A stretch of DNA of 61,853 nucleotides, filler included, from Hausera hauseri (Eukaryota): the NCBI GenBank assembly GCA_046269625.1. It is 11 parts of 11 records of this genome, joined end to end, with 100 filler letters (N's around TTAATTAATTAA, not from the genome) between each part and the next. Parts side by side here need not be neighbours in the genome. Positions count along the whole stretch, not along the records: positions 46,046 to 52,229 come from JBJURY010128095.1; positions 52,330 to 61,853 come from JBJURY010349934.1; 9 more parts are not named here. One strand, 5' to 3'. The notes under the pieces were generated by a model that worked only from the letters and a program-made list of their open reading frames with translations, did not search any database and was not told where the DNA came from. Below, in pieces: positions 47,882 to 60,499 of this stretch. The position numbers were made by a program, and so were the translations under genes. How positions within the stretch are numbered: position 1 is the first letter of the stretch; each line of letters opens with the position of its first letter.

Positions 47882-50800
47882 ATTCGCCGCCAGTAGTCAC
47901 GGTAAACCTTGGCAATGGCAATACTTCACATTCTGAACGCCGACACGTCTCTTTTGCTGACTTTACTCTAAAGGCTGCAATCATTGCTCCTACAACGCAA
48001 TTTGTTGACTTCCTCATTGATACGGGTCCAGCGATTTCTCTATTATCACAAACCTTTCCTACACAAAATACTCCATTTAAGATCAATTTCTTATACACTG
48101 CTTTAGTCCAACCGCTGTACATTTTTGGCACAGCTAAATTATCTTTCACTTTACCAAGTTTCTCCTTACCCTTCCACTGGACGTTCACAGTCGCTAACGT
48201 CCAGTCGGCAATTCTAGGATCTGACTTTTTCTTACATTATAATCTACTGGTTGACTGCAGTCAGCGATGTTTGAGGAATGGCACCACGGCGACATTTCTG
48301 GACGTATCAATATCATTTCGACTACCGCGCAGTCGACCGGGATGCGAAAACCAATCCTAAAAAATCAACGATTAATTCAAATTTTTATAATAATAATAAT
48401 TCAATTCGGAAATTTTTAAATAATAACACTGAATTTCGATGAGGTTTGATGTCGATAAGTGTGGTACTGCCACCAACATTGGTTCATTTAGCGAAGTAAC
48501 TTCATCCAACATTATTTTCAATTCGACTATCTTACATTAAATACCAATTGACTGCACATCACCTAACAACTCACAAATTGCTTCCGCTACGACTCAAGCC
48601 GCTCCACTACTTCCGCCAAATCTCCCACAGTTACATACAACTTTACAGCAATTCGTTAACACCTCATGTCCACGCGTACTTAAAGAAGACCGTACGTTTA
48701 TTCCCGCAAACAGTACTTTACACAATATAGTCACAGCATCAACGACCAATATGCCAAAAGGTAAGGCCTCTGTCACCTCGTCGTATACAGGCGGTAGAAG
48801 CCGAATTTCTTGAGCTAGAACGTTCCGGCATAGTACGTCGTTCCAAATCTCCTTGGTCATCACCGTTACATGTAGTACAAAAAAGGACGGTACTTTTAGA
48901 CCATGCGGTGACTACCGACAGTTTAACAACTTGACTATCATGGATGCATATTCTTTACAACTCATCAAGGATATCCTTCATCGTCTTAATTAAACCACCA
49001 TCTATTCAACCATTGATTTAGGTAAAGGATACCACCAAATACCGGTGGCACCGAAGACAAAAAAAACTGCAGTAACTACTCCTTTTGGTCTCTATGAATA
49101 CCTATTCATGCCATTTGGTTTGCGGAATGCCGCACAAACTTTCCAGCGACACACTGATTTCATTCTTTCCCATTTCCCGTTTGCACACCCTTATATCGAC
49201 GATATTCTAGTCGTTTCATCTTTGGCCAAACAACACGAAGAACACTTTTGTGCAATATTCCAACGTCTTAACTCCATAATCTCCAAGTCAATTTCGACAA
49301 ATGCCAATTTTTCAAAAAACGCATTAACTTTTTAGGCCACGTTATCACACCGGCCGACTATTTTCCACAATCAGACCGAGTCGAAGGTCTTAAAAACATC
49401 CAGTTGCCACGTACGACCACCGAAATGCGTAGCTTCCTTAGCACACTACACTTTGTACATAAATACGTACCATATTGCTTGGAATTGACAGCGCCATTCG
49501 CACACATAAGCGGCGGCAAAAAACATCAGCAAATCCAGTGGACACCTGAATTGGTTGACAAATTTGACAAGCTACGCGAATGCATCAAAACCGTAGATAT
49601 TATAGCTTTCCCCAAGCCTGATGCAGAACTCATCCTTACTACGGACGCTTCAACCACTGTAGTAGATGCTGTACTCCACCACATCTACAAGGGAGAAAAC
49701 CAACCATTAGAATTTTTCTCCCGCAAGCTAACAGCACCTAAAACTAGATATTCCACGTTTGATCGAGAACTGTTCGCAATTGTTCTCGCTTTAAAGCACT
49801 TCTCACACCTACTTATCGCTCGTCATTTTACTCTACAAACTGATCGCAAGCCCTTACTTAACATCATGGCTATAAAACACCCTTCCACACGCCAAGAACG
49901 ACAAATATCATATTGACATTTAACTTCAATATTAAACATATGAACGGAGTTAGCAATTTAGTTTCCGATTTTTTATCTAAGTCGGTTCATTCGATTAATT
50001 TTTCTCCGATTTTTACGCAAGAACAACTTCAACAGAAACAGTCATCTTAAGACATGATTAATTCCTTTAAATCTTGCACAATCGTTGACAACGTGGCTAT
50101 AGACACTTCCAAGTCAGGCCATTCCGTAATAATTCTAGCACCATCATTGCAAAGGCAAGCATTTCCCAACGTGTATTCGTTACACCATCCTGGTTCTAAA
50201 TCCACTTTTCGTCTACTCCATCGACAAGTAATATGGCCGTCAATGCGTTCTGATGTGCAGGCATGGGTTAAGGAGTGTGTGGCATGCCAAAAATACAAAA
50301 CAACCAAGCATTTAAAGCCACCACTATTCCACTTTCCCTGCACATCGCGTTTCGAGTCCGTGCATATCGACATCGTTAGCCCTTTTCCTCCAGACAACGG
50401 TCATCAATTCATCCTCACCATGAAGGACCGTTCCTCGCGATGGCCAGAAGCCATCCATCTGATAAGCACAAACACCGACACCATAGCTGATGTTTTCATT
50501 CGCACATGGATTAGCAGGTTTGGATTACCTCGCTTCATCATCACGGACCAAAGTCCACAGTTTGAATCCAACCTGTTCAAATCCCTTGTTAATTGATTGG
50601 GGATCCACCACATTCATACTACTCCTTATCACTCCAATCGAATGGCCTTCTAGAACGTTTCTAACGCACATTGAAAAAGTCACTAAGAATTCTCGCAGAG
50701 TCCAACAGTAATTGGACGAATTTTCTTCCATTTGGTCTGCTCGGCTGGCGGAACACTCCGTCCACTTCGAAAGGATGTTCACCTACTGAAGTCTTATTTG

Positions 50801-51130
50801 AAGTTCCTGTTTGATCATTATTCGACCTGACCGCCCTAGACGACACTCCCATAGATGAGACGATACGGGCGGCGCAAAATTACTTCGTCGAGGTCAGCAA
50901 ATATTCGTTTTGAAGGATACTTCACAAAGATAAAACATACTTACCCGAAGATTTGTACACGTCTAAATTCGTATGGCTGAAGAATCAAGCTCCTTGCGGT
51001 TTCCAGCCACGGTACTTGGGCACCTACAAACTGCTACAGCTACACTATCACAACGCCATCATCTCCAAAGACGGCAAAGACTTCACAGTACACTTTATCA
51101 ACTTAAAGCCCGCTTTTTTTGTCGACGACA
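47872..51130 (+). pseudogene. pol: Pol: protease, RT, RNase H, integrase
   Basis: FLIDTG, ILGSDF; SPWSSPLHVV, RPCGDYR, KTAVTTPFGLYEY, YIDD; LTTDAS, PLEFFSRKL, YSTFDRELFA; LHHPG..WPSMRSDV..CVACQ, VHIDIV, IITDQ. Confidence 0.94.
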
Positions 51131-51705
51131 CCTTACCAACCGACACGCTAACTTATTTTCTCATGCCTCCACTCCCTGCTATCCCTGCATGTATTGCTAT
51201 ATCATTTCCACCTTCCTCTTCTGCGCCTAGTCTTGCTCCGTCATTTTCTACACTTTCCACTTCTATTCCTACCAGTCCCTCTGTTTCATCTTCCTCTTCA
51301 ACTCTCACTCAACAAAATTCCAATCTCTTCTCCAACCTTTTCTTCTCTTCCTTTATCCACTACATTTTCCATCACTCCTTCGTCTTATAACACTCTTCTC
51401 AACACCTTTAACCATCCGTCTTCAATAATTACTCTTTCTTCTTCACCTTCTTCTCTTTATTCTGATTCATCTTCGCACGACACAAAGCCTACACCAGATT
51501 CTACCAATTTTTTTCCCCAACCTCAATCTCTGCAAACAAACACATTGCATAAACACACAACACGCAGAGTCACATTCAGCCAGTATAGTAGGGAAAAATC
51601 AGTCGAAGGTATTCAACGTCTTATTCACACTAAGTTCAGCTAACACGCACTTTTCGTTTTGCGCTTTTTTCTCTTTTATTTTTTATAGTTCTAACTTCGC
51701 CACGC

Positions 51706-51720
51706 AGGGGGGGGGAGTGA
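51706..51720 (+). promoter_or_regulatory. Polypurine tract
   Basis: AGGGGGGGGGAGTGA immediately before the TGTGG LTR start. Confidence 0.88.
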
Positions 51721-52229
51721 TGTGGTGCCCGCATCGATTATCGTCCTCCAGCCCATTCGGTTGGGCACGGCCGGGTTTTCCGCTGCGTCGCGTCGGGCGC
51801 ATAAGCAGGCCCCGGTTTTTCGCCTCGAGGCAGCAATGACTTATTAACAGCAGAAATGTTTTAAAACATTTTAATCGATTCGTTTTTCAGAAAGAGATTT
51901 ACATTTTCTCTAAAAGAATCAGAATGACGTAACCGTAATGCGGACCCTCTTAGTTATGTTACTAATTCTATCAAACTACATTATGGTTAAATAAGAATGT
52001 GAAAACAAAATGCCAAAATCAGTAACGACCATCAAACAACCGAAAGATTTTTCCCGAAATCTAGAAGTCTTCAGTTGTCGTGCGAAGCAATCAGTAATCC
52101 GGTTCCTCGAATTAACAAATGGTCAACGAGTACAATTTCCCGTCAAAATGTCAATTCCACGAATACTCACTAACCATATCTTTAAAACTCAGAATCCAGC
52201 ATTTACCGAATTACTTCTTTATCCTCTCA
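51721..52229 (+). repeat. 3' LTR (truncated by the contig end)
   Basis: Starts with TG after the PPT; head homologous to the LTRs at 43930 and 40659. Confidence 0.85.
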
Positions 52230-53390
52230 NNNNNNNNNNNNNNNNNNNNNNNNNNNNNNNNNNNNNNNNNNNNTTAATTAATTAANNNNNNNNNNNNNNN
52301 NNNNNNNNNNNNNNNNNNNNNNNNNNNNNATTCCAGTTTCTGAACGATACCAAACCGAACAGGAATTCGAGAGTCCGAATAAGCAAAGAAAATTCGTCGA
52401 AACTCTATATCGAATTGCTACCATTTTCGGATTTACAGAAATCATTTTTGTTTCCATTATTAAGCCTTGTCAAGAAAAATTAAGTGGTGGATGAATTGGA
52501 AAATGATTTCTCTATCACTTTGTTTTATTTTTTACTCGTTGTCCTACCAAAATTAGTCAATTTCACTCAACAAATGAATTATTTTCTGTCTTTAAACTAT
52601 TTGCTGAATTACAAAATTTGTGGCAAATTTAATCCGTTTATCATTTAATTGTGCCTGGATGACTTTGTCTTTTAAATTCGCACTTAGCAAAAGAATAAAA
52701 ACGTTTTCCGTAATTTCAGGCTCATTATGTACATAGTAGACGAGTGCAGGAATGCATTGTACAGCCGATTTACCCGACCCGTGTTTTATTTTTAAAAAAA
52801 CTATATGTTGTGCATGGTGAACAACTATAATGTTTCTTGTTTTAACGTATAAAAATGTTACTTTTAATTTTTTCATTGCCACATTTTCACAATGTTCAAT
52901 AAAAGTTTTAGTCTATTTTCTATAATCAATTTCTTTTTTGTTGTTGGCTTTTGTACAGTCGATCTTACTAGAATGTTGTAAACATCAGATTTCAAATCCC
53001 TCAATAATCTTTGGTGGCAGTATTGGGATGAATGTGGTTTCTTTTGGGGGTGGGTTGACTCTACCAATAAATCTTGGTACCGCGATTTTATTTTTCATAA
53101 TTGAATCAGTTAAGGAACAACACAAAAGTAACAATCAGCAACATAATTGGTGTCAGAATCTCATTTCACAGGACAGGCCAGTCTTAACCGTTTTGAAACC
53201 GGATCATGACTGTTGAGTTTTTGGAAACGATCTAAGGTGGGTGAATTTGCTGAATTGTGCATTTTTCGGCTCGTCGAAATTTTACGTGTTTGAGCTTATG
53301 TATAATTTCTTTTTTAGTAAAAAATTTAGTCAACTTGCCAGATATAATGTTTTTCATTTATGGCCGTTTATCACTAGAATTTCTAACGAA

Positions 53391-54265
53391 ATCGATACGA
53401 TATGGTTAGAAAATATTAATGCACTTTTTGACGACAATAACAAACTATTTTTAATGAGTGGCTATACTATTCAAACGACTGGTCTGCGGGGCGTCATATA
53501 TGAACCGGAGGATTTGGAACAAACTGCTCCTGCTATTATGAGTCGATATGGAATGTTTTACTTGAAACCATCGAAATTGGACATAGAACCATTGACTAAA
53601 TCATTGCGTGACCATAATATTCCAAATTGCCTATATAGCGAACAAAAATAAACCATCCAATTTTTGACTGATTGGCTTTAATCACCATACTGTAATCTTA
53701 TCGTGCGCAAATGTGTTCTATACATAAAAAGCGCTCCCGTTCAGTTAACATGCGACATGCTACAGCTTTATACTTCTCCCTTAAAGCATATGAAAAAGGT
53801 CGAATAAGACCAAATGATGTTGAAAATGAAGAATTCAAAGAATTTGCTTCAGCAAGCAAAAATTCAATATTAGTAGAAATTACGGAAGGTCAACAAAAAT
53901 TAATTAACCAAAAGGCAATATTTTGGTTGCATATTTCTTTCTCAGTCTAACATGGACTGTCGCACCTCATCTTGACGCTGATTTAAAGATTAAATTTGAC
54001 GGTCTTTTCTGGACTTTGTGTAAAATGACCGATGTGCCCAATCAAAAATGTTCTCAACTCAAAAATATGAAATCTCTCAAAAATTTAAAGAAACCAAAGA
54101 AAGATACGATGTCTGATGGTTTACATGTTCGCAAGAGGTTTCGATCGCAAGTACTGCGGCAATCGTTAACTAAAGTCTGATTTAGAAAAAATTACTAAAG
54201 CCACCGTGATAAGTAACGTACTTATTCCCACTGTAGCAACAGTTTCTCATAGACTTTTACTAAAA
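53391..54265 (+). pseudogene. Captured fragment of an axonemal dynein heavy chain (end of AAA2, lid, linker to AAA3; DNAH3/7/12-like), copy 1
   Basis: IDTIWLENINALFDDNNKLFLMSGYTIQ..IYEPEDLEQTAPAIMSRYGMFYLKP parallels the dynein signature [27 protein letters not shown]..IFEPxDLxxASPATVSRCGMIYMEP; later FFLSLTWTVA..DAD..KFD and VLIPTVAT also fit. Confidence 0.85.
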
Positions 54266-55649
54266 CGATCATCAAATGTCCATAAAAAGGTTTTTGATTC
54301 AGATGTAAACAAAGATAGATGTAATGAAGTAGTTTTAAAGACACCTATCCGATGTAACAGTGGTCATAAAACAAACTGTCTAAACGACCTAGTATGCTTG
54401 GATTTTGAAGATGAATTTTTAAATCAATTTAAGTGAAATGTTTTCATGCTCAGACAGTCACTTGTTCATAGCTAATTGCGATGCTTTATGTTCCTGCTAC
54501 CCCATAGCTCAGCGTTTTCTTCACAAAATTATATCAATTTTTACCTTATTTCATCACAAAAATACACCAAATAATATACAAATATTTTGTGAGTCATCTT
54601 CACACCTGATGTTTTTTCTTATTAAACCGGTTACGCAAAATGACGAGATTTCTTTTGTTTGTTGTATGATACAATGGCTTTGGAAAGTCCAATTGATCTT
54701 TACGTTGTAACAAAAAATATTGAAAAGATTCTGCGTCCATTGGGTGATATGATTCCTTAAACCTTTGTTCAACGATTCGACGATTATGATTTCACAAAAC
54801 TATCGGGCGCACGAATTTTGCGAATAACAGCTCATCGAAATTGCAAAAACAGACACATAGGCAAATAACTTTAATGTTAATAGTCGAATATTCCAAAAAC
54901 AGTAAATCAGAATCAAAGATTGTTACCAATATTGAAAGTAAAACACTTGATAAAACAGTTAAAGAAGATGAATCTTCGAATGATCTAGCTAATAGTCAAA
55001 GTTTTACCGCCCTTATATTACTATGGTCTTCAAAGTCCAAACCCCCCCGAATATCTTCAATACTTTATTTTTGAGTATTCATCTAACTACATATTATTCT
55101 TTGAGTCATTTTCCAGATAATATTCATTTATACAAGAATTCAGTCAAGTATAATAGAAAATCCAAGTTAAACATATTACTGAGAAAATACATTGGCGACA
55201 AAATTTATATGAACTTGAGTTCCGACCGAGCGGGAGTTGTCGTGTGGCGGTCTGAACTCGTGGCATACCAGTTCTGCGACTCGAGTGTCGCCTCGTCGGG
55301 GGTCTTGACGCGCCCGCGCCCGTTGAGGCGCATTGTGCCGCCAGCATATTGGGTAATTCTTTTACCATTTCATCTTCTTTTTAAATAAATACATTCATAC
55401 ACACACCGGAAATCACAAAACATTAGGGTAACATATATACACCTCAATATGCAACGACGTCCATCTTTCTGGCTTCTTTCTATTTCTGAATGGACTCTTT
55501 ATTTGCCCCGACGATCTGATATGCTCTTTTCAATCACATTCTTCATTTCTCTCTCTCTCCATCTAATTCCTAAATTTCGTGGTGGCGCTGACCCCAATTT
55601 TGAGGAGATATAAAAATCCCCAAACATAACCTTTGTTTCTCCAACTCCA

Positions 55650-56640
55650 TCTTCTTTCTCACATTTTCAGTATGTAGACTTTTTCTTCGATAATAAAAAC
55701 TTTTGCGGAACATGGCTGGACTTCCACGCAAAGTGGCTAGCCTCACATAAAATCACTGATTCGTTTCAAGAGGCCAACAGTCTACTTCTCCATCTGCCAC
55801 CCAATATAAATTCCGGCATAACTAATCTTTCTGACACCTTTAATCATTCTGACTCATATAAATTACCACCGGACGCCGTAACTACATCAACCGAGCCTTC
55901 ATTAGACTGAATAATACAAAAATACTTCAACGAAAACGCTCTTGGTCAACAAAATCCCTCAGAATTTCTTTGAATATCACTTTCACAACTAAACTTACTA
56001 GGAGTAAATCAACAAAATAACGCGGATTTTCTTTGACGTTATTTCTTTTTATCCTTGCCAATCAAAATTCGCGCACTTCTTACTGTTGTGGAGGATTCTA
56101 CGTCGCTCGACAAACTGGCGCAATGTGCGGACAAAAGTTACCAAATTTTTTATAACAATAATGCACATAAACCGATTTGAGCTCTGCAAGTGGCGCAATC
56201 AGCAACAATAGTTACACATCTACAATAAGCTAACTCATCAAATAACGAGAACAGTGTAGTTTATCAAATTCAAAATCTGCAGGCCAAAAATGCGGCCCTA
56301 CATCAAGCCATATCGGCCATCTTTAGCAAAATTGCCGCTTTGACTCTACCGCGTCGTGGTCGGTTTATAACGGATCGAAGCAGACAGTCGTCTGCAAACT
56401 CTAGGCACGCCCAGTCAACTTAGCGACAAATGATGTACTATTATCACACAAAATTCGATCAAAATGCCAAAAAATGCTGTATAGGCCGTAAGTTCTAAAC
56501 GCAGCATTTCCAGTCACATGATACGGTCTGCATCTATCACAGTAAGTTTAAAGACAATGCAGAACGCTGCTCATCTGGGTGTTAGTTTTACACCCAGAAA
56601 ACTTCAACATCTTCATCTATTCAAAAATACGTCTAAAGCC
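55650..56640 (+). pseudogene. gag: Gag with doubled CHCC finger
   Basis: YYHTKFDQNAKKCCIG and CIYHSKFKDNAERCSSGC; collinear with 46950-47881. Confidence 0.8.
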
Positions 56641-58160
56641 GCCAGAAACTACGGCAAATTCTGGCAAAGGCCATCTTTTCCGTTTTCACTTCCGTACTTC
56701 TACCAATAGCGTTTTCTTATTGGATGTTGCACTCACATCTTTTCATCACCACACTAAATTTATGATCGATTCAGGTGCAGCTGTTTCATTACTACCTTCA
56801 TCTTTCACATCACTAAAAATGTTCCCTACGTCTACTAAACTCTTCACGGGAAATAGGCAAGCATTACTTATTTTTGGTGCCGAAGAAATGTTTTTCACCA
56901 TGCCATATTTTTCTGGTGTCTTTCAAAAGAAGCTCATTGTTCAAGATATTAAAACATCAATTTTAGGGTCTGATTTTTTATCGCACTACAACTTACTACT
57001 TGATTGCGGGCAGCAACGTGTGATTAAAAGTACAATCAATTATACGAAATCAAAAAATATTGCACCATTTGTCGCGCAGTTGGCTGTAGCTCTGAAATCT
57101 ATATTAAAGAAATATTTTATTAAATTAGATAAATTGAATTATGGTAACTCCGATTGTGACGTTTCCATTCATAGAGTAACAACAAAAACAATTGTCAACA
57201 CCGACACAACCTCTCACCTCACCTCCCCATTAATGCAACTGGATACAGCTCTTCGTGACTACATTACAATATCTTGTCCTAGAGCATTGAAGCATGACCC
57301 CAATTTTAAGCCTGCTTCTACAACGTATCATCGCATCGTCACTGAACACCAAAGACCAATTAAACAGAAGATTAGGCCGCTTTCTCCACGCAGACGCAAA
57401 ACTGTGGAATCAGAGTTCAATGAATTAGAAAAGGCAGGAATTATAAGAAGATCAAAGTCATCTTGGGCTTCACCTCTGCACGTAGTGCCGAAGAAGGACG
57501 GTACTTTCAGACCCTGTGGCGATTATCGCCAATTAAACAATATTACGGTAATGGATGCATATCCATTACCGCTTATCAACGATATCCTACACAGACTCAA
57601 TGGAAACACCATATTTTCATCCGTCGATTTTCATAAAGCCTACCATTAGATTCCTGTCTCACCTGCTGACATACGAAAAGCAGCTGTGACAACACCTTTC
57701 GGCCTTCTTGAGTATGTCTTTATGTTCTTTTGTCTGCGTAGTGCCTCCCAAACATTTCAAAGGCACATAAACACAATTCTTGCTAGTCTAAACTTTGCAT
57801 TTCCTTTAATAGATGACATTGTCATAGCTTCGTCATTACCTAAACAATATTCTGAGCACTTGCGCATAGCTTTTCAACGCCTTCACCAAAATAATTTAGA
57901 ATTAAATGTCGCCAAATGTTCTTTTTTCCAACACAAGATCAATTTCCTTGGTCATGTCATCACTAAGTTTGGCTACTCTCCTCAGCAAGACCGCATAACT
58001 CAGCTTAAAAACATCCAGTTGCCACGAACAACAACTGAAATGCACTTTTTTCTTGGAACACTCCACTTTGTTCACAAATATGTGCCACATTGCTCTAAAT
58101 TGACCACACCGTTTGCCATTTTATCGTCTGGAAAGAAGAAACAACTAATTCACTGGACTT
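56640..58160 (+). pseudogene. pol: Pol: protease and reverse transcriptase (RNase H and integrase absent)
   Basis: ORFs 56579-57649 and 57686-58327; homology to 47900-49550 ends at IHWT. Confidence 0.93.
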
Positions 58161-59396
58161 CATTATATTGCCATTTTAGTGACGGTAATGGTGTGATGCC
58201 GCGGTTGCAGGCATCATTACCACTTATGACAAGCGTTTGGCGGCTGGCTGCCTTTTGGACCGGTGTTCCACTCGACCCGACTTTAGCTTGCCGACTCTCG
58301 TCCGGACGGCAGTCGTCCAAGAATTGAACCGAACACAGAAAGATTTCACGAAGTCATTGGAGATCGGTTTCTCAGGATGACTAAAAGAGCGAAATATTCT
58401 TGAGTCAGTGAGAAACACATAAATGATGATTAGAAAAGTTGATGCGCTACAATTTTCACGTCCAGAAACTAGTTTTTGTGCAGTAAAGAAATAGCCATAA
58501 AAAGGAAGAAAGAACTGACCATTAAAACAGTAAAAGTTCAATTAAAACTGTAAAAAATCAAGGACATGTCAGTCATGATTCCAGTTTCTGAACGATACCA
58601 AACCGAACAGGAATTTCAGAGTCCGAATAAGCAAAAAAAATGCGTCGAAACTATATATCGAATTGCTACCCTTTTCGGATTTACAGAAATCATTCTTGTT
58701 TTCATTATTAAGCTTTGTCAAAAATTTAAGTGGTGGATGAATTGGAAAATGTTCTTTCTATCACTTTGCCGTATTTTTTACTCGTTGTCATACCAAAATT
58801 AGTCAATTTCACTCAACAAATGAATTATTTTTTGTCTTTGAACTATTTGCTGAATTACAAAATTTGTGGCAAATTTAACCCGTTTATCGTTTAATTGTGC
58901 CTGGATGACCTTGTCTCTTAAATTTGCACTTAGCAAAAGAATAGAAAACATTTTCCGTAATTTCAGGCTCATTGTGTACATAGTAGATGAGTGTAGAAAC
59001 GTATTGTACAGCCGATTTACCCGACCTGTGCTTTATTTTAAAAAGATCTATGTTGTGCATGGTGAACAACTATAATGTTTTTTGTTTTAACGTATAAAAA
59101 AATGTTACTTTCAATTTTTTCATCGCCATATTTTCACAGTGCTAAATAAAAGTTTTAGTCTGTTTTCTATAATCAATTTCTTTTTTTGCTGTTGGCTTTT
59201 GTACAGTCGATCTCACTAGAATTTTGTAAACATCAGACGTCAAATCCCCTCAATAATCTTTGATGGCGGTATTGGGAGGAATGCGGCGTCTTCTGCGGGT
59301 GGGTTAGCTTTCCCAATAAATCTTGGTACCGCGATTTTATTTTTCAAAATTGAATCAGTTAAGGAACAACACGAAAGTAACAATCAGCAACATAAT

Positions 59397-59406
59397 TGGT
59401 GTCAGA
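59397..59406 (+). promoter_or_regulatory. Candidate PBS (tRNA-Leu type); also at 53148-53158
   Basis: CAACA-TAAT-TGGTGTCAGA(A), preceded by TATAAA and AATAAA in both copies. It would define a ~1.2-kb LTR (58192-59392), similar in size to the 1126-bp solo LTR. The match is only 10-11 nt. Confidence 0.45.
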
Positions 59407-59638
59407 TTCTCATTCACGGGGCAGGCCAATCCCAACCGTTTTGAAACTGGATCATGACTGTTGCGTTTTTGGAAACGATCTAAGGTGGGTGAATTTGCTG
59501 TATTGTGTATTTTTGCGCTCGTCGACATTTTACGTGTTTGAGCCAATGTATAATTTCTTTGTTAGTAAAAATTTTAGTCAACTTTCGAGATATAATGTTT
59601 TTCATTTATGGTCGTTTATCACTAGCAATTCTAATGAA

Positions 59639-60499
59639 ATCGATACGATATGGATAGAAAACATTAATGCAGTTTTTGACGACAATAACAAACTATTTTT
59701 AATGAGTGCCGATACTATTCAAATGACTGGCTTGCGGGGCGTGATATATGAACCGGAGGATTTGGAACAAACTACTGCTATTGCGAGTCGACAAGGAATG
59801 TTTTACTTGAAACCATCGAAAGTGGACATAGAACCATTAACTGAATCATGGCGTGACCATAATATACCAAATTGCCTACATACCGAACAAAAAGAAACCA
59901 TCCAATTTTTGATTGATTGGCTTTTACCGCCATGTTGTGATCTTATCGCGCGCAAATGTGTTCTATACAAAATGTGCTCCCGTTCAGTTAACATGCGACA
60001 TGCTACAGCTTTATACTTCTCCTTTGGAGCACATGAAAAAGGTCGAATTAAGGTCAAATGAAGAATTCGAAGAACTTGCATCAGCAAGCGAAAATAAAAT
60101 TTTGGTAGAAATTACGGAAGGTCAACAAAAATTAATTAACGAAAAAGACAATATTTTGGTTGCATATTTCTTCACAGTCGAACATGGACTGTCGCACCTC
60201 AGCTTGACGCTGATTTAAAGATTAAATTTGACGATCTTTTCTGGTCTCGGTATGAAATAACCGATGCGCCCAATCAAAAACATTCTCGACTCAAAAATAT
60301 GAAATTTTCCAAAAATTTAAAGACACCGACGAAAGATACTATGTCTAATAATGTACATATTCGCAAACAATTTGGATCACGGGTGTTGCAGAAATCGTTA
60401 TTTAAAAAGCCTAATTTAGAGAAAATTACTAAAGCCACCAAGATAAGGGACGTAATTATTCCCACTGTAGCAACAGTTTCACAAAGACTTTTACTAAAG
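59639..60499 (+). pseudogene. Captured dynein heavy chain fragment, copy 2
   Basis: IDTIWIENINAVFDDNNKLFLMSADTIQM..EPEDLEQ..SRQGMFYLKP..QKETIQFLIDWLLPPCCD..EKITKATKIRDVIIPTVAT. Confidence 0.85.

Larger units (their letters stand above)
46850..52229 (+). mobile_element. CsRn1-like Ty3/Gypsy LTR retrotransposon, decayed (gag-PR-RT-RH-IN-PPT-3' LTR)
   Basis: All domains present in canonical Gypsy order. Confidence 0.93.
52330..58160 (+). mobile_element. CsRn1-like Gypsy element with a ~3.3-kb cargo-bearing 5' region, truncated after RT
   Basis: Gag (KPSEFL-like QNPSEFL, LDKLAQCADK, doubled CHCC), PR (FMIDSGA, ILGSDFL), RT (SSWASPLHVVPKKDG..RPCGDYR, LIDD). Confidence 0.9.

Noticed and set aside
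51130-51643. S/T/P-rich ORFs after integrase as a possible env or extra gene
   Set aside because: Low-complexity integrase tail ending in an RRVTF-type motif; no signal peptide or Cys pattern.
53241-54436. Functional host dynein gene
   Set aside because: Only ~290 of more than 4000 residues, no P-loops, stops and frameshifts, and embedded in a repeated retroelement leader.
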